Shown: positions 11,621 to 24,894 of the stretch, piece by piece
Position numbering within the stretch: position 1 is the first letter of the stretch
Layout of the letters: each line of letters opens with the position of its first letter
Source of the DNA: Hydrolagus affinis
Lineage: Eukaryota
DNA length: 64,000 nt
NCBI GenBank assembly: GCA_012026655.1
Contig: JAAILG010000883.1
Span: 1 to 64,000, forward strand
Direction of reading: 5' to 3'
Translations under genes and position numbers: made by a program
The notes under the pieces: model-generated
Database searches by the model: none
Told to the model about the DNA's origin: nothing
What the model saw: only the letters and a program-made list of their open reading frames with translations

Positions 11621-14600
11621 ACTCGGGTGTGTGTTCAAGGTCTGCTCTCTGCAGGTATTTCCATTAGACTCGGATACCTTTTCAAAAAATGACAAGTTTG
11701 CTGAGGCAATATTTAAAATTTCCACACAGAGAACGACAAAGAAAAGCTGCATTCAATGGCTTAGTGCATAGTTACCTAATTAAAAACGAAAGTGGCTATA
11801 ACCAAAAGGTTGAATCATTTGACTTGTTCAATTTGGCCATTATATGTGGTGAGGATTGAACTTTTGAGTTGCTTTGGGAACATTTAGTGGGATTTTCTTG
11901 TTCCCCCTGTTGTCCAGTGACTGGGTTTTAATTTCCCTCATCTATTGATGTGAAATTTTGCGACTAGATTTTGTCAGTGAAAAACCTGTGCAAGTGGTGA
12001 AGTAGCCTAAATCAGCTGTTTTTACGGAAAGGAAGCTTAGGCTTTCCAAAACACATTAAATGGGCAAAATCTCCGCAGTGTTTGCACTGGGCTTTCCTCT
12101 GAAAAGGCGAATTCTCTGCAGTATTTGGAGCAGGCTGATTAAAGTTGCAATTTACAAATAAAATGTGGAAGAACTTTACAGCTATTCCCAGGCCACACCT
12201 CCCAATTGTCCTGACGCAAATACTTCCTCTGTATCTTTCATTTCAGGAGCCATAAAAATTCATTTCTGCTTAATTAACTGTTTTGAGAAGCCCGACGGCT
12301 AATTAGGAATTTCTGTAAATGTAACTTTTGATGAGCCCTAAATTGGTGCTGAGGTGACCCCGTGAATTCATTCTGTCTGTCGGGAAGAGAGAGTTTGCCC
12401 TTAAATATTGAAGAGTTATTTAAATTACATTGCAACTCTGTCAGGGTGAAAGGTGTTATGCCCATTTCGTGCACAGTGACCAGGAGTCATTAAAATTGGA
12501 AAATGAATCTGGGTCTCTTTATTATAAGGAGCTAAAGCTTTGGGAATTAATATTGTATTTGTTATCAGGAAGTGCTTGTTATAAGCACTTCCTGGCTGTA
12601 CTGGGAATAATAACTGAGGAAGTTGTGAGATATTTCCCATTAAAGGGTGAGAAGGGGTTTGTTTTATAATCCTACAATAAGGCTATTTGCCATAAAACTG
12701 GCAAACAATCAATTTATTTTTGTGCTCAACTGGACTGTCTCTATCAAAGCAGATTCACTATCAATTTGTAATCTGGACCCACTTCTGTTGGAGTAGCTAT
12801 TTCCAGTTACAGTTCTGCAACTCCATTATAATATGAATGCAAAATGAACTGATCTCAGACATTGGCGGTATACCTGTATCGTACAAGAATGAAGCTAGTT
12901 TAACACCTGAATCAGGCTTACTCTTCCTTTGCTCTTTATGCAATTGAGCCAAAACTCAGAAGTGTTTGAGCTGTCTATATTTTTCAACCTTTTGACCCCA
13001 TAACATTTTGAAACCACAGAAGTGATTTTGATCTTGCACACAGGGATACTCACACCATGCACTCCGGTGCATGCACTGGCATGGACCCCAACCAACTAGT
13101 TCATTAGTAGGGAAAGGAGCAGCGTTCCCATTGGTGTCATGTTAATGATCGAATGGAGACCACCACCAACCCTTCCTCATACAGACAATCCCAATTTGTT
13201 TTCGCATTGAGCAGTCAGTCAAAGAACAAACGATCCATACTTGCCATTAGATCATTTAAGGTAGGATCTTCCAATGCTGGAGAAAGTGGACACGTTCTCA
13301 CCACTGAAGTGTGAGGGGAGGTGAATATAATCTCACCAGTGGCAAGAAACTGGACACATGTTTGCAACTGAACTGCTGGGAAACTATTTTGTCTCACTAC
13401 AACAACAACAACATCAGGTGGACGTCCTAAGGCGCTGAATTCACTAAGCATGAATTCACTAATTTTCTTTTCTGAAATAAACAAGCCAAAGGAAGACAAT
13501 TGAATTAATCATCAATAAACACAAGTGAATCAGTTCAGCCTTTTTTTCTATTGAGTATGATTCTGTTGCACAGTCCAAAGTCAAGCATTCCAATTTCATA
13601 CGCAAAGTGCGCTGTTTACAGCAAGTTGTGTTTTCACTTCATTAAAGTTGTGTCTTACAAATGCACTGTACAGACGCCTGCCTAAAGTGTTTTGCCTCAT
13701 GCAAGATTCAGCTGAAATTGAAGTCTGTTTGTGTGAATCTCGCAGTTTGCAGAAGTGCAGGGGTTTGTGTGTGTTTTGTTCTCGAAATATTGATCTCTCA
13801 CCAGCCTGTGCTAGGGCCAATGGTAAAGGCAGGCAGTGCAATATCCTAGAAATAGAGAGTTCGAAGTATCATTTTGTATTGATTTTTATGTCTTAATAAC
13901 TGTTCTGCAGTACATGTCTCTATGTGCTGCCATTGATCACATCAAAAATTCAACGCTTACAGAAACACTATAGGGCTAATTGGCAGTGGAACATTTATGT
14001 GACATTTTTAATCTGCTAAGTCAAGGAATGCTAAATGTACCTGGAAGCTTCTTCCATGGTGAGGCATGCCTGGACACAGAAGACATGACCAGGACAAATC
14101 GGGAGCTCTATTACTTTGCTATGGTTCATGTTTTGCTAATCCAGACATCCAGCACAGCGGGGTGAAAAACTGCTGCATCTAGTGAAACAAGACCATGAAT
14201 AATTAAAACTCTGTTATTAATGAACTTCCAGCCGTTATGTAAATGAAACTGATTTCAAGTCTAATTTGTCAGCTTGAATTTCTTTCTGTTTCCCTTTGTC
14301 AGAGACAAACGCTTGTCATAATGGACTTCTAAATGAAATACTGCCAGAGTTGCCATGTGCGTTGCTTGTCGGAGCCCAGGCTTACTGCGCAGATATCTGA
14401 TACTGTTTCTGTGGGAGCAAGTCTTCAAGACATTCCATCATACCGCTACATTTAGCCAACATTCTTTGTTAATACTGTGAGACTTTACTGTTCCTACACA
14501 AATTGCAATTTTATTTCACTGAAAGGATTTCTAAATTGAGGGATAATTCCGGTCCATGAATAATTAATTTATTTTAAACTTATGAACTTGGTCAAAGCAA

Positions 14601-14969
14601 TATTTTTCTTGATTAATTCATCAAGGGATAGTTTCACTAGGTATCTGTGTGTATGGGATGCCTTCCAGATGTGAAAGGTGGCATACAAATATAATTTTGT
14701 TTGTGTTGTATCAAACTCCATGGTAAGTTGTTTGTTGGTTTTAGAGAAATACTGAGTGTAGCTATGGGGTGTTGTGCGGAGTGTGTATAGTAGTGTGTTG
14801 TCAGGCTGTGTCGTATTTTTGGATTGATATTAGAAGTGGTGAGCTTATGTTTGTCTGTGATTTCCATTCTGATGCCAAAACCTTACTATTCAAGAAGCTG
14901 AATTCAAACTGTATGTTCAAACTGTTTGAAACTCTAGCACAGAAGATCTGTGGGCTTTAGCCTTCTATG

Positions 14970-15125
14970 CAAGGACATGACTGTAGCAGAGTCTGTAAGT
15001 TCATTTAACAAGGAGTAATGAATATGGAAAGCAAACGTAAATGGAATTAGACTCATGTGGCTCATGTGGAGAAAAAACACCAGACGTGATGGGTCAAATG
15101 GTCTCTGAATCTGCGATGCAACATT
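14970..15125 (+). mobile_element. CR1 LINE 3' end relic
   Basis: gtagcagag...tcatttaacaagg...aaatggaattag...caccagacgtgatgggtcaaatggtctc follows the CR1 3' UTR pattern (atgggccaaatggcct). Confidence 0.55.
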
Positions 15126-15723
15126 TTATAGCTAATATTCAAGCTGCCTCTTGAACATGTTTAGTTTTTCCCAACCTACAGATCAGCACTTTACTTTTCT
15201 GGGTGAGGGCGGCCGCTGATCACAGAAGTAGTTCAAGAGGGTAATGTCCAAACTGTATTGGTGGCCTGTGGAGTTGAACCTGCAGCCGAGTCCCTCTGCA
15301 GCCAGAGAACCTGGGATTCAGTGCATTCACAGGCTGCCCCATTTATGTTTGATGTCCCGGTCATTAGCAGGAAGAAGATGAGTATGTTCCAGTCTTTGCA
15401 GACGACCGTGTTGCCTCATGAGTCCTGCATTGCTATCTCCATAGGAAGTTGCTGGCATCGATGGCAGTCATATACTCTAGCTAACTAACCATGGTTGTTC
15501 AAAGCATTCCTGTTATGGGAGGATTTATCTCTCCGTTCGCAGTAATTGATCTGAAGTTTTGCAGCTCCAATTAAACCATGTGGTTTGAATGAAGCAACCC
15601 ATAAAACGTAAGATATGCCAGCATTTCACTTTAACCAAGCGAACAACCAGTGAGCATTCAGGGCTGTGTCTCGTGGAGAGATACACTGAGCAGAAACGTC
15701 ATCTCCTTAGACTTTACATAAAT

Positions 15724-15940
15724 TATAATAATAATCCTGGCATTTGAAATCACGCCATTCACCTCGGGTGGATATCTCAAAATGCTTTACGTTGTGTAGG
15801 TTGCAAGTGTGCAGTGACTGTGTAGGTTGTAGACGAACGTGGCTAGTGAAGGGCAGAGCTGCATTTCAACATCAACAATAACAACTTAACGTTTATGTCA
15901 CTCTTTCACATCAGAAGGACATCTCAAAGAGCCTCACAGT
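15724..15940 (-). mobile_element. Adjacent SINE 3' end (15724-15845) and short L2 tail (15868-15940)
   Basis: ataataataatcctggcatttga...tctcaaaatgcttt, then caacaataacaactt...ctttcacatcagaaggacatctcaaag. Confidence 0.7.
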
Positions 15941-17744
15941 GACTGGGAGGAGTGACTTTTTTGACCAATTTTGCAGGAGTGACTTTGCTCTCCGCGTTTA
16001 CCTTGTGGGTGTTTGTGAGATATTGTTCTGGAATAAAATGGGTGCCTCGTTTGGATATAAAAAGCTCTCTGCACACCAGTAAATGCTGCAAGGTGCTTTG
16101 AGCTATTTTAACACGATGAGACACGACAAAAATAACAAGCCCTTTAAAAATGCAACCTTTTCTGATTCCGTTCCCTAAATAACAACAGTTATTGTCAACT
16201 GTTAACGCCAAGTGTGTTCACTTGAACAATGTGATGAACGTCTCTGGTTAATTCTGGCCTTTCAGCCATTTGGAATGGTGGTTTCTGCCGGTGAAAGCAG
16301 AGGAAACGTCCAACGGTAAATTTAGTTCAGCTGCCAGTGTCTCCAAATACCCCAGTTTTTGTTTTGCCTCTGGTTAGGCCTGGGGGAGTGGCACTTGACA
16401 TGCAGATTGAGCCCAGCGTTCCAAATTACATTGAGAAACAGCTCCAGTACAGTGCTATTCAAGTAAGTTGCATTAGCTTTCCTCACCTTTTTGAATCAGC
16501 TGTTAACATATTCTGATGTTTTTGTGATGGGTCATTAATGAAGCATATTGCAGGACAAAGAAGGCAAAGTCCCTTAGGGTGCATTTATATTAGTGGTTTG
16601 CCACCAGCAGTATACTCTAGAGTGTATTGCTGCTGTAGGCAGCACAGACGCTCAATGTAGATGTTTTTCATACAAACCTTCAGCGGGGGTTTTCCTTCAA
16701 GCACAAGGAAAAATGCCCTTTACCAATATGAACTAGACAGTATATCCACGAGGGCCAGCAGTTGTCTATGCACCTCGCCTGGGACAGAAAATACTGCTGA
16801 TTTGTGCAGGTTTTCCTCAGCGATCGAAGTATCAAATCTGATATTAAAGCACATGCTGTCCCACACTACAACAAGCTTCACTCTATATCTAAGTCACACG
16901 TGAGATCTGATATGGGAATGCTTAAAATACATCGGGGCACATTTTATGTGAGACTGGGATGGGATGAAAGGAATGGCACTTTCAGAGAGCTGGTACTGCA
17001 CATGATTCACGGGTGAAATGGACAATACTCGTTCCTTCACAACTGCGACTGTCCATGACTTTTAAAAGCCCGTACGCAAGCATGAGGAACCCGGTTTAAA
17101 TATGCAATCCAAATATAAACAGGCTGGGTTATGCAGCAGCAGAAGAGGCATCTGGTATTCCTGAACCACTTCAGGAGGCTGTTTTCCAATAAAAATGCAG
17201 CATCGGATTAACAGGGATGAACAGCAACTGGGAAAATACTTGTGTGTCTTTGAGTGTGAAATTATGCATTATAAATTCATATTAAGTGAGACACCTGCTC
17301 ACCACAAACTACTGTTCTCTTTTCAGTAGTGTTGTCTTATCAGGAATTGACAGAGAAGTATAAGCACTACTATTATTCCTTTATTTGTTGTAGTGTCTCC
17401 AACTGTGTTAGAAGATTTTCTGCAACCCAAACATTTTCATACTGTTGTAGCTATTAAAAGACTGATAGATTGTTGAAATAACTGAAGTCTTTTAGCGCAA
17501 TATGCAGGAAGCCTTTGTGTAATCCGGTCTGTAAACATCTGCAGTTAAAGTTTCCAGTCCATTCAAATCATTCATTTATTGGAAATAGTCCAATTTGTAG
17601 TTTAAAGATAGAAAGTCAAAGTCTGCTCGCCTTTCTCAACAGAAAAATCTCTTCAACAGCAGTTATAAATAGTGACCCAGGGGACTAACGAATAGCCTTC
17701 CAAATTAAATGGTCTGTGTGTAAATTATTACATTATATTTTACA

Positions 17745-17930
17745 TTAGAGAAGAAGGTCATTTAGCCCATCATACATTAGCCAGCTCTCCAAGACATTTT
17801 CATCCCACTCTCATCTGAAATGTACCAAGCATCAATTTCAAGTTCCAGTATTCCCACCTCAGATTTAGCACATGCCTGAAATGCAGAGTGAAGCCTGTTG
17901 TAGTATTCCACAACTCTGTGCTTTCAGCCT
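17745..17930 (-). mobile_element. CR1 LINE 3' relic
   Basis: agaagaaggtcatttagcccatca...ccagctctc...gtattcccacaactctgtg, a decayed version of 30495-31035. Confidence 0.5.
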
Positions 17931-19269
17931 GTATTCAAAAGAGGAATCCTAATGCAGCACTGTCCCCTTTCTCTCTGTGTGTCACGTCACTGCTTGTAAA
18001 TGGTAATTTGTGCTGAGCAACAGGTCGATTTACTCAATGGACTTGTGTCCATTGGGGAACAAGGTTCAAACGGCCCAAACTCATTTGTGGCTGAGCCAAT
18101 GCATTGTACTCTACCTCACCACCTCGCTCCCTTTTTAAGTAGTCTTGTCACTGAGTACAGTCAAAATGAAGCAAAAGTTTAAAGCGTGATGTTGTTATTT
18201 CCGAAAAGATTATTTATAACATGGGAATTTGCATTCAGAAAATTCTCTCAATGTTTCGAGAGAACAAAGATATAGTGTATTAAATGTAAATCCTTCCAGA
18301 TTGTACATGGGCTAATACCAAGGTTTACCGCTTCCAGATACAGTTGATCTTTACTTGCCTAACTCTGCAAACCAGCCTGCATTATGTCATTTGGATTGTA
18401 AAGCTTGCAGTCAGCAAGCCCTGGTATCAGGTGACCTAGTAAAATCACTACTTTGACTCTAATGTATTGAACATAAAGCCTATGACTGATCTGAATAAAA
18501 TTGACTAACACCCATCTGGGCGTCTGTTGAACCTTTCCCTTGGTCTGACCTCTTGCTATATTAACTGGTTCTTCTGGAAAAAAATATTTTTTTCACATTC
18601 GACTGCAGATGCAGAGACTGTTTCCTCAAGCTCTGTTTTTTCAGACTTCATTCGATTAAAATAGACTCAAGCATGTCTCTCCTGCCTGAAATGTAAGCAG
18701 AAGATGCTGGTTGATGTGCTAACAAAAAAACTGTAAATAAAGAAGGATGTCAGGAATGTTACAGAAGATTTGGCCACATGTAACATATCATGCAACAATC
18801 TGTTTCTAGCAAATCGTCCTCAGAGGGTCATTCATCCTGATGTGTAGCCCGAATTCCTGCATGGAATAAATTCAGCTTCCTGAATACTCCCAAACTATTT
18901 GGGACCAAACAATAAATGTAGAATAATGAATTAATGATTATTAGTCATTATTATGACTGGAGGTGAGTTCCAAACACATGTGCAATCCCAAGATAAATTC
19001 CATTTTAGGATGTATGCCATTCAGCCTCCACACCAGTGAGGGACTGTATACATCTGTAATCCATCCCCTGACCACCTGTCCTTTTGGGTAATAAGTGGGA
19101 CCGCTGTGTCCCCATTATTGTTTGTGTGACGTATAGATACAACCAGCACGTGCTGATGGTATGAAAACACAGGGACAAACAATTTTTTTGTGCAAACTCC
19201 ACGATAAACTGATCTGAGCATTTTTGACAGAAATGTGATGGCTGATCACTCATTTTTGTTTAAGTCACA

Positions 19270-19540
19270 CAACCTGGTTTAGAAGTGAAGCTGAGAAGGT
19301 CCTGGGTTTGATCACTGTTCTGTGCTGCGACAAATGTTCTTTTCTGGATAGTCCAGATATGAGACTTGAGTGAGGACTGGATTGTACTTAACCTCAATGT
19401 TCCTCCACTCACACAGTTACAATCCCTTGCTAACATCCATTGTCAGGGTTTACATGTGAAGAATGGTGACTTGTGCAAGCTACAAGAGGAATCATAGCCT
19501 TCATGAGAAGCTTGGGGGAAGGAATGAAAGGGCTCAGAAA
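19270..19540 (+). mobile_element. Family-X SINE-like copy
   Basis: gaaggtcctgggtttgatcactgttctgtgctg (B-box-like head), then gagtgaggactggat...catgtgaagaatggtgactt. Confidence 0.6.
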
Positions 19541-20179
19541 AAGCAATGTTTATGAAAGATATTTTCCTAAAATGCAGAGCGATGAAGTACAAAGTAAGTT
19601 TGATCTCCCAAGTATTCTCCCATTCTCTTCCACAGTTATTGCAAGTTAAATTGCTAAAACTGAAGTTTGTTTCGAAAAAGAACAAATTAATTGCTACTGA
19701 TTGAAAAATGAACCAACCCTGTTAAACGGAATAAGTAAAGTCCCATCTTAATTCTAAGGCTGCTTTGGGTCTGACAATTTAACACAAAAATGCAAAGCAT
19801 GAAATGACAGTTACTTCTCTGTGGAAAAGTAATAGGTGGGATGACAGAATATTATGATGTACAGTGATCTCTAAAACCCATGGCAATTCTAATCTGTTTT
19901 TCATTAGTGTAGTAATCATAAACTCTCATATTCATGATATCTGTGATATATCATCAGGAAAAATGTTAATACAATAGTAATGGAATAAATTGTCTTTTAC
20001 CTGGACAAAAAATTAAGTTTTCTGGAAAATGTCAGGATTAATTGAATTCTGCAATATCATGATGGTCTATAGACTATCTAAGAATATAATTTCTGTCTAA
20101 ATCTATTGTGCATCAAAAAAAAGTCTGGGTGTCTCTTAAAGGCATTATTTGAAAAGAGAAGGAAGTTTCCTGGCTGACA

Positions 20180-20325
20180 CTGATGTAGGACACTGATGTG
20201 CACAATTTGGTGGCCACATTCACCCTCAAATATACAGTCACTTCGCTTGGCAGGAACCCCTGGGATGCTCTTTGAGATGTTTTGATGTGATGAGTGGTAT
20301 ATCAATTGCAAGGCTTATATTAATA
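20180..20325 (+). mobile_element. SINE 3' half ((TTA)n-tail family)
   Basis: ggacactgatgtgcacaatttggtggccacattcaccctcaaatatacagtcacttc...ctttgagatg...tatatcaattgcaagg. Confidence 0.8.
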
Positions 20326-20399
20326 AGGCATAGTTGGTAAAGGAATTATCTTGTGCAAAACTATCATATAGATTCTGAAAATACTAACCTCAATTTCTA

Positions 20400-20720
20400 G
20401 ATCCTTAGGTAGTTTGCTGATCTCAACAGTGGAAGCTGGACATTGTCTTCAATTGTCCTGCACCCCCCTGGGTTGGGGACCTTGATTTGTATTTGTCCCT
20501 ATATGCAACCCCTTGCTGGAAACTTAAGTGTACGAACATGAGGTGAGAACATCAGGCTCAGCCATGTTATCTCTTGTGATCAAGCCTGGCACTTGCTGTC
20601 TAACCACAAATTTGTATTGTGCCAACTAAGTGGGGGTTGAGGGTGTCTATCACTTGTGGAGTAGAACACTTTGATGAGTAGGTCATTCAGGGAAGGAGAG
20701 AAAATTGGTAGAGGATAAAT
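20400..20720 (+). mobile_element. Family-X SINE-like copy
   Basis: gtttgctgatctca...caattgtcctgcacccccctggg...cttgctggaaa...ggtgagaacatcaggctcagc. Confidence 0.55.
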
Positions 20721-21094
20721 TATAAAATACAATTACTGCTGTGAAAACTCAAATTCAAATGCTTACTATCCATTTCTGGAAAACAACAACAACAAAATTA
20801 CATTTATAGAACAGCTTTTCTTGTCGGTAGAAAAGGAAAGAGAACACAAGTATTCAAATTGTTTCTACCACTACCATTGTCTAATGAGGCCACCGTTATT
20901 CAACTATTGCCCAAGCCTCTACCCAATTGCTGCCAATGAATACACCATGTCCTTGTTATACTGTGGCATTATAAAGTAGGGTGAGTCACAGGGAATGCAG
21001 CACACAGTGAACGGATAGGAGCCGACATCTGCTAGCCTTGTAGTGTTTGTAAATGACAGCCTGATAAATAATGATGGTGGGAGGGATGGATTTG

Positions 21095-21430
21095 CAGGAT
21101 CACCTGAGTTTGATCCCTGGTTTGTGCTGAATTAGCTGATCTCAGTGAGGGAAGGACTTGGCCTTGGTGCCCCCCAGCAGGTTTTAAAAATATCAACCGA
21201 AGTTCCCGCTTCTGATCAGTCTAGTAAGCCGCGCTGGCAAGTCCGTGTATATAAAAGTTGATTTGAGCTCAATTCATCATACCCCATCCCCTTTGGTCAA
21301 ATAGCTGCAAACATTCAATGCCCAGGGTTCCCAGTCAACCACACAGGTGACATACTGAAAAAGACCCAGAGAACTGCCATCTCCTCCAGATGAGTACATG
21401 GATGGTGGAGAGGATGGAGGAGAAGCTAGA
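21095..21430 (+). mobile_element. Family-X SINE-like copy
   Basis: gagtttgatccctggtttgtgctgaattagctgatctcag...ttggccttggtgcccc...gttcccgcttctgatc...gctggcaagt. Confidence 0.65.
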
Positions 21431-21617
21431 CTGAATCAATTTAATAAAAATAATCAAACAAAACCTGCAATTGTACTCTTTATAAGAAAATGCCACTGCT
21501 GGTGCAATATCATCGGAAAGGAAAAATTGCAAAAATTCAACTCAGAAACACACTATTGCAGGAGCCATTCTATGAAAGACCTTCAGCAAGAGCTGAATTG
21601 TGCTTCTTTTCCACATT

Positions 21618-21735
21618 AATGATAATAATAATCCTTTCATTTGCTATAGTACCTTATCGCGTCGTTGAGACGTCTCAAAGCACTTCACAGAATATATTGT
21701 AAAGTGAATTGACTGTATTTTGTGGGCTAAACATT
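21618..21735 (-). mobile_element. SINE 3' end ((TTA)n-tail family)
   Basis: ataataataatcctttcatttgctatagtaccttatcgcgtcgttgagacgtctcaaagcacttcacagaatatattgtaaagtgaattgactgta. Confidence 0.9.
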
Positions 21736-24040
21736 CAGCAGCTTGAGTGATTTTATCATAAAATAGAAAACTTTCTTGACTTGTAGGTAGGCATTTGCTG
21801 AAGTCCATTTATGGGAGACCTGGACTGCTTTGAATGAATATGTAAAATGTAATCTTGTACAAGGAGCTGCCAATGATACCAGTAATCTGTTTTACTGCTT
21901 TTTAAAAAAAAGCAGAATAACCTATAAAAATGTTAATTGAGGATTTAAACTTCATTGCAAATCCATGGGGGGAGCGGTGTATGGAAGTGGACATATGGTC
22001 AGAGATAAAGGTGACAGAGCAGTGATTATTCACACCAACATTATGTGGCCAATGCCAAATGTGCATTGGGAGATAAGCATAAACCCTTGGTGGCAAGAAT
22101 TCAATGGAGGCCAGAAGACAAGTTTTCAGTGTGAAGTGCTACTCATCATCTAGCAATTAGCACCTCATCATCTTAGGCTTTGTGACATCCAGCTGGCTGA
22201 AGGTGGCACCTACTACTTTAATATGGCTTTTCACATTGGGAGGGGGAGGGGGGAAGAGAGAAGGGAGGAACCATTGGGAGATGCGCAATTTCTTTTTAAT
22301 GTGCAGCTGGTGTTAACACTTAAATTTTACATTTTGAAAAGCGTTGACTAAATAAGAGTGCTAAGAGTTTCCTTTGCCGGATTGCGCTTATGAATTTTGC
22401 AACCACAAATCAAACTTTCTAACAATAAGTATTTCAGCACTGGTGACCAAATAATACTAACACAATAATTTCCCATGATGTCAAAATACCCACAACACTT
22501 TTTAATACACATATACATTACCTGTTGAGAAGACTTAAACATTCTTGCAGATAGATATATATGTTTTAATTCTCTCGACTAAATAATATTTTATGACCTT
22601 CCAGGGTCATAGCTCACCGAATAGCTTGTAACCTACAAATATGCAGTCACTACACTTGGCAGCAACTCCCCATGAAGTGCTTTGTGTCTTTCAATGTTAT
22701 TGGAGCTATTTCAAAGCAAGGATTAATCATTCAAAGAGAACCAGTCCCATAGATTTTAGTTCAATTTAACCCTTTAAGCACCACAGTGCAACGTGGCTTG
22801 TTTGCAGCTTATTGTAAGATGGTAAGAAATGCTCAAAATAGAAACAAAAATACCAAAATGCACTGGAAATTATAATAATAATAATTCATAGTCAATTGAG
22901 CCACAATTGGAAATAAAAAATCCTTGTTTGATCGTTTGGTTTCAGACGTTAGATACATAATGAAAGGCCCATAATGATTTTGTCCCCCACTTTCTCTCTT
23001 TTTCCAATACAGATTGAGATGCCGTGGATGTTTAGTTCTGTGTTTTTACTTCTTGTAAATTATTTTGTGTTGCCAATTTTATAATTTCAGTTTCTTTCAT
23101 TGTAACTGGATGGGAAAAAAAGCTTACAGAATTCATGGAGAAAATTCTAGAAGTGTTCCTTTAGAAACCGAGGGATATGACCCCCCCACCACCCTCCACA
23201 GCAACCATACACACGTACACAAATGATTTATACCATTGTGCAGGCAACAGCATGAAACAGCACCAGGATTGTATGAAAATGTACTAGCCTTGGGCAATTT
23301 GGATTTCTGGTGTATTTTATGTACACTATACCGAACAGTGTTAAGATTTATCCCTTGTTGCGGCAATAAAACACACACGGCAATAATTTGAAAAATTATT
23401 CGGAGAGCTTGGTTTGAGGCCCACATTTCTTTTTCCTCCCTCACCTTTTCCTCACAGTAACTGAATATCTGGTTAACTTTAAACACATCAAGGAATAATA
23501 AAGATCACTGAAAGTGGTGTTAATAAATCCACATGACTAAGATTTTCTTTCTTCATGCAAAAACTCTTTTCAATGACTTAACACTGAATACCATCTCAAA
23601 AATTACATTGAAGCTGAAATATTTCTCCTTAATTGTTAGCTTTTGTGTGGGTGTAAATGACTACTATACTACTGTAATTTTCATGCAATAACTTGTTGAT
23701 TAAATGAATGATTTTGAAACATTTTGTGCCATTTTACGTAATGCCTTGGCAAATGTTAAGATTTTTATTTGCCTGTAAGTGGGTTAAATATCTTTCTGAT
23801 CACATTACATCATTTGAAAATAGATATTAAAATGAGTTTGGTGAATTTGCATAATATACATCCATTCTTTGAATTTATGACTCAAAATTTTTAGCTAACA
23901 AGTAATTCTGAATCTTCTGGTCATTCAATCATCTCTGAAACAAAGTAGAAAGCTTTGCTGTAATGTTTATCTTTCCCTCTGTCCTGTTCTGTTAATAGCT
24001 GACAATAACTTTATATATCTGACGTAAGGCCGCTAATCAC

Positions 24041-24272
24041 CTTTTAGGCACTTTTCTTTCAGGGTTTTATCTGTAGCAGTGGTCATCTGCTTCAGTTGGA
24101 ATAGGGTGGAGCCAGAAGTGATAGGCAAAGGCTTCTTATTAAAGATCTCAGAGAAATGTCTCTTGAATGCTGGTGGGAACAGTGGGAGGTGGAGGAGTGG
24201 ATGCTGTTTCAGGGCAGGGAGAGCACTTGGTCTGCTCAGCTGTGCTCTTCCACTGAGGTCATTGCTATTCAT
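24041..24272 (-). CDS. Candidate first coding exon of an unidentified protein (MNSNDLSGRAQLSRPSALPAL...KEKCLK)
   Basis: A 77-codon open stretch, GC-richer than its flanks. It has an acceptor cctctgttcag| before 24293 and a donor AAAG|GTGATT at 24041/24040. No homolog recognised. Confidence 0.25.
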
Positions 24273-24894
24273 GTCTAAGCTTCACTATTGAGTCTGAACA
24301 GAGGCCCATATTATCAAAGGGAAATTAAAACCCCAGTCAATAATGGCTGCCACTTTAGGTCTGGCGGAAAATAAAGTTTACAATTTGAAACTGGAGGCTT
24401 GAGGTTGATTGGTTGCCCTGCTCTGTCGGCACTGGTGTGAATAACATGACCAGTGCCTGTAATCATGACATCAAAAAAAATACAGCCTCTGAAGAAAGTT
24501 ATTTATTCTCCATACCACATGATGATTCTGTTCTGTCTCCCAACTTCTATTGTTATGTGGCTACTTAACACCAGAGTGAATGGAAAATAGAGATTGCATT
24601 TCTTTGCTGATGAAAAGGTCTGCCGACGGTTTCAGTTTGTAAACGGGATAAATGAATTATGTAATTAAACCGTTTTTCTGAGGCAGTATTGTGTTGGTTA
24701 ATATATCAGTAAATTCATGGTATTGCTGAGAATAATGACACTGACCCCAGGTAAATGTAATGACACTGAAACATATCATACCCTACGTTGCATTAATTCC
24801 ACTTGATTAAAAGTTACAACATAAATTGGGAGTATGATTTGGAGTCTGGAATCCATGGCACCTTATGCTTTTGCCAGGGAAACAGCTTTCTACT

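Noticed and set aside
14289-14300. TTCCCTTTGTCA, the first 12 nt of miR-204/211
   Set aside because: The sequence diverges after 12 nt and no precursor hairpin is evident.
20078-20311. 77-aa minus-strand ORF that looks protein-like
   Set aside because: Most of it is the antisense reading of a SINE 3' half.
22222-22233. TATGGCTTTTCA, the start of miR-135b
   Set aside because: Only a 12-nt match, with no complementary arm.
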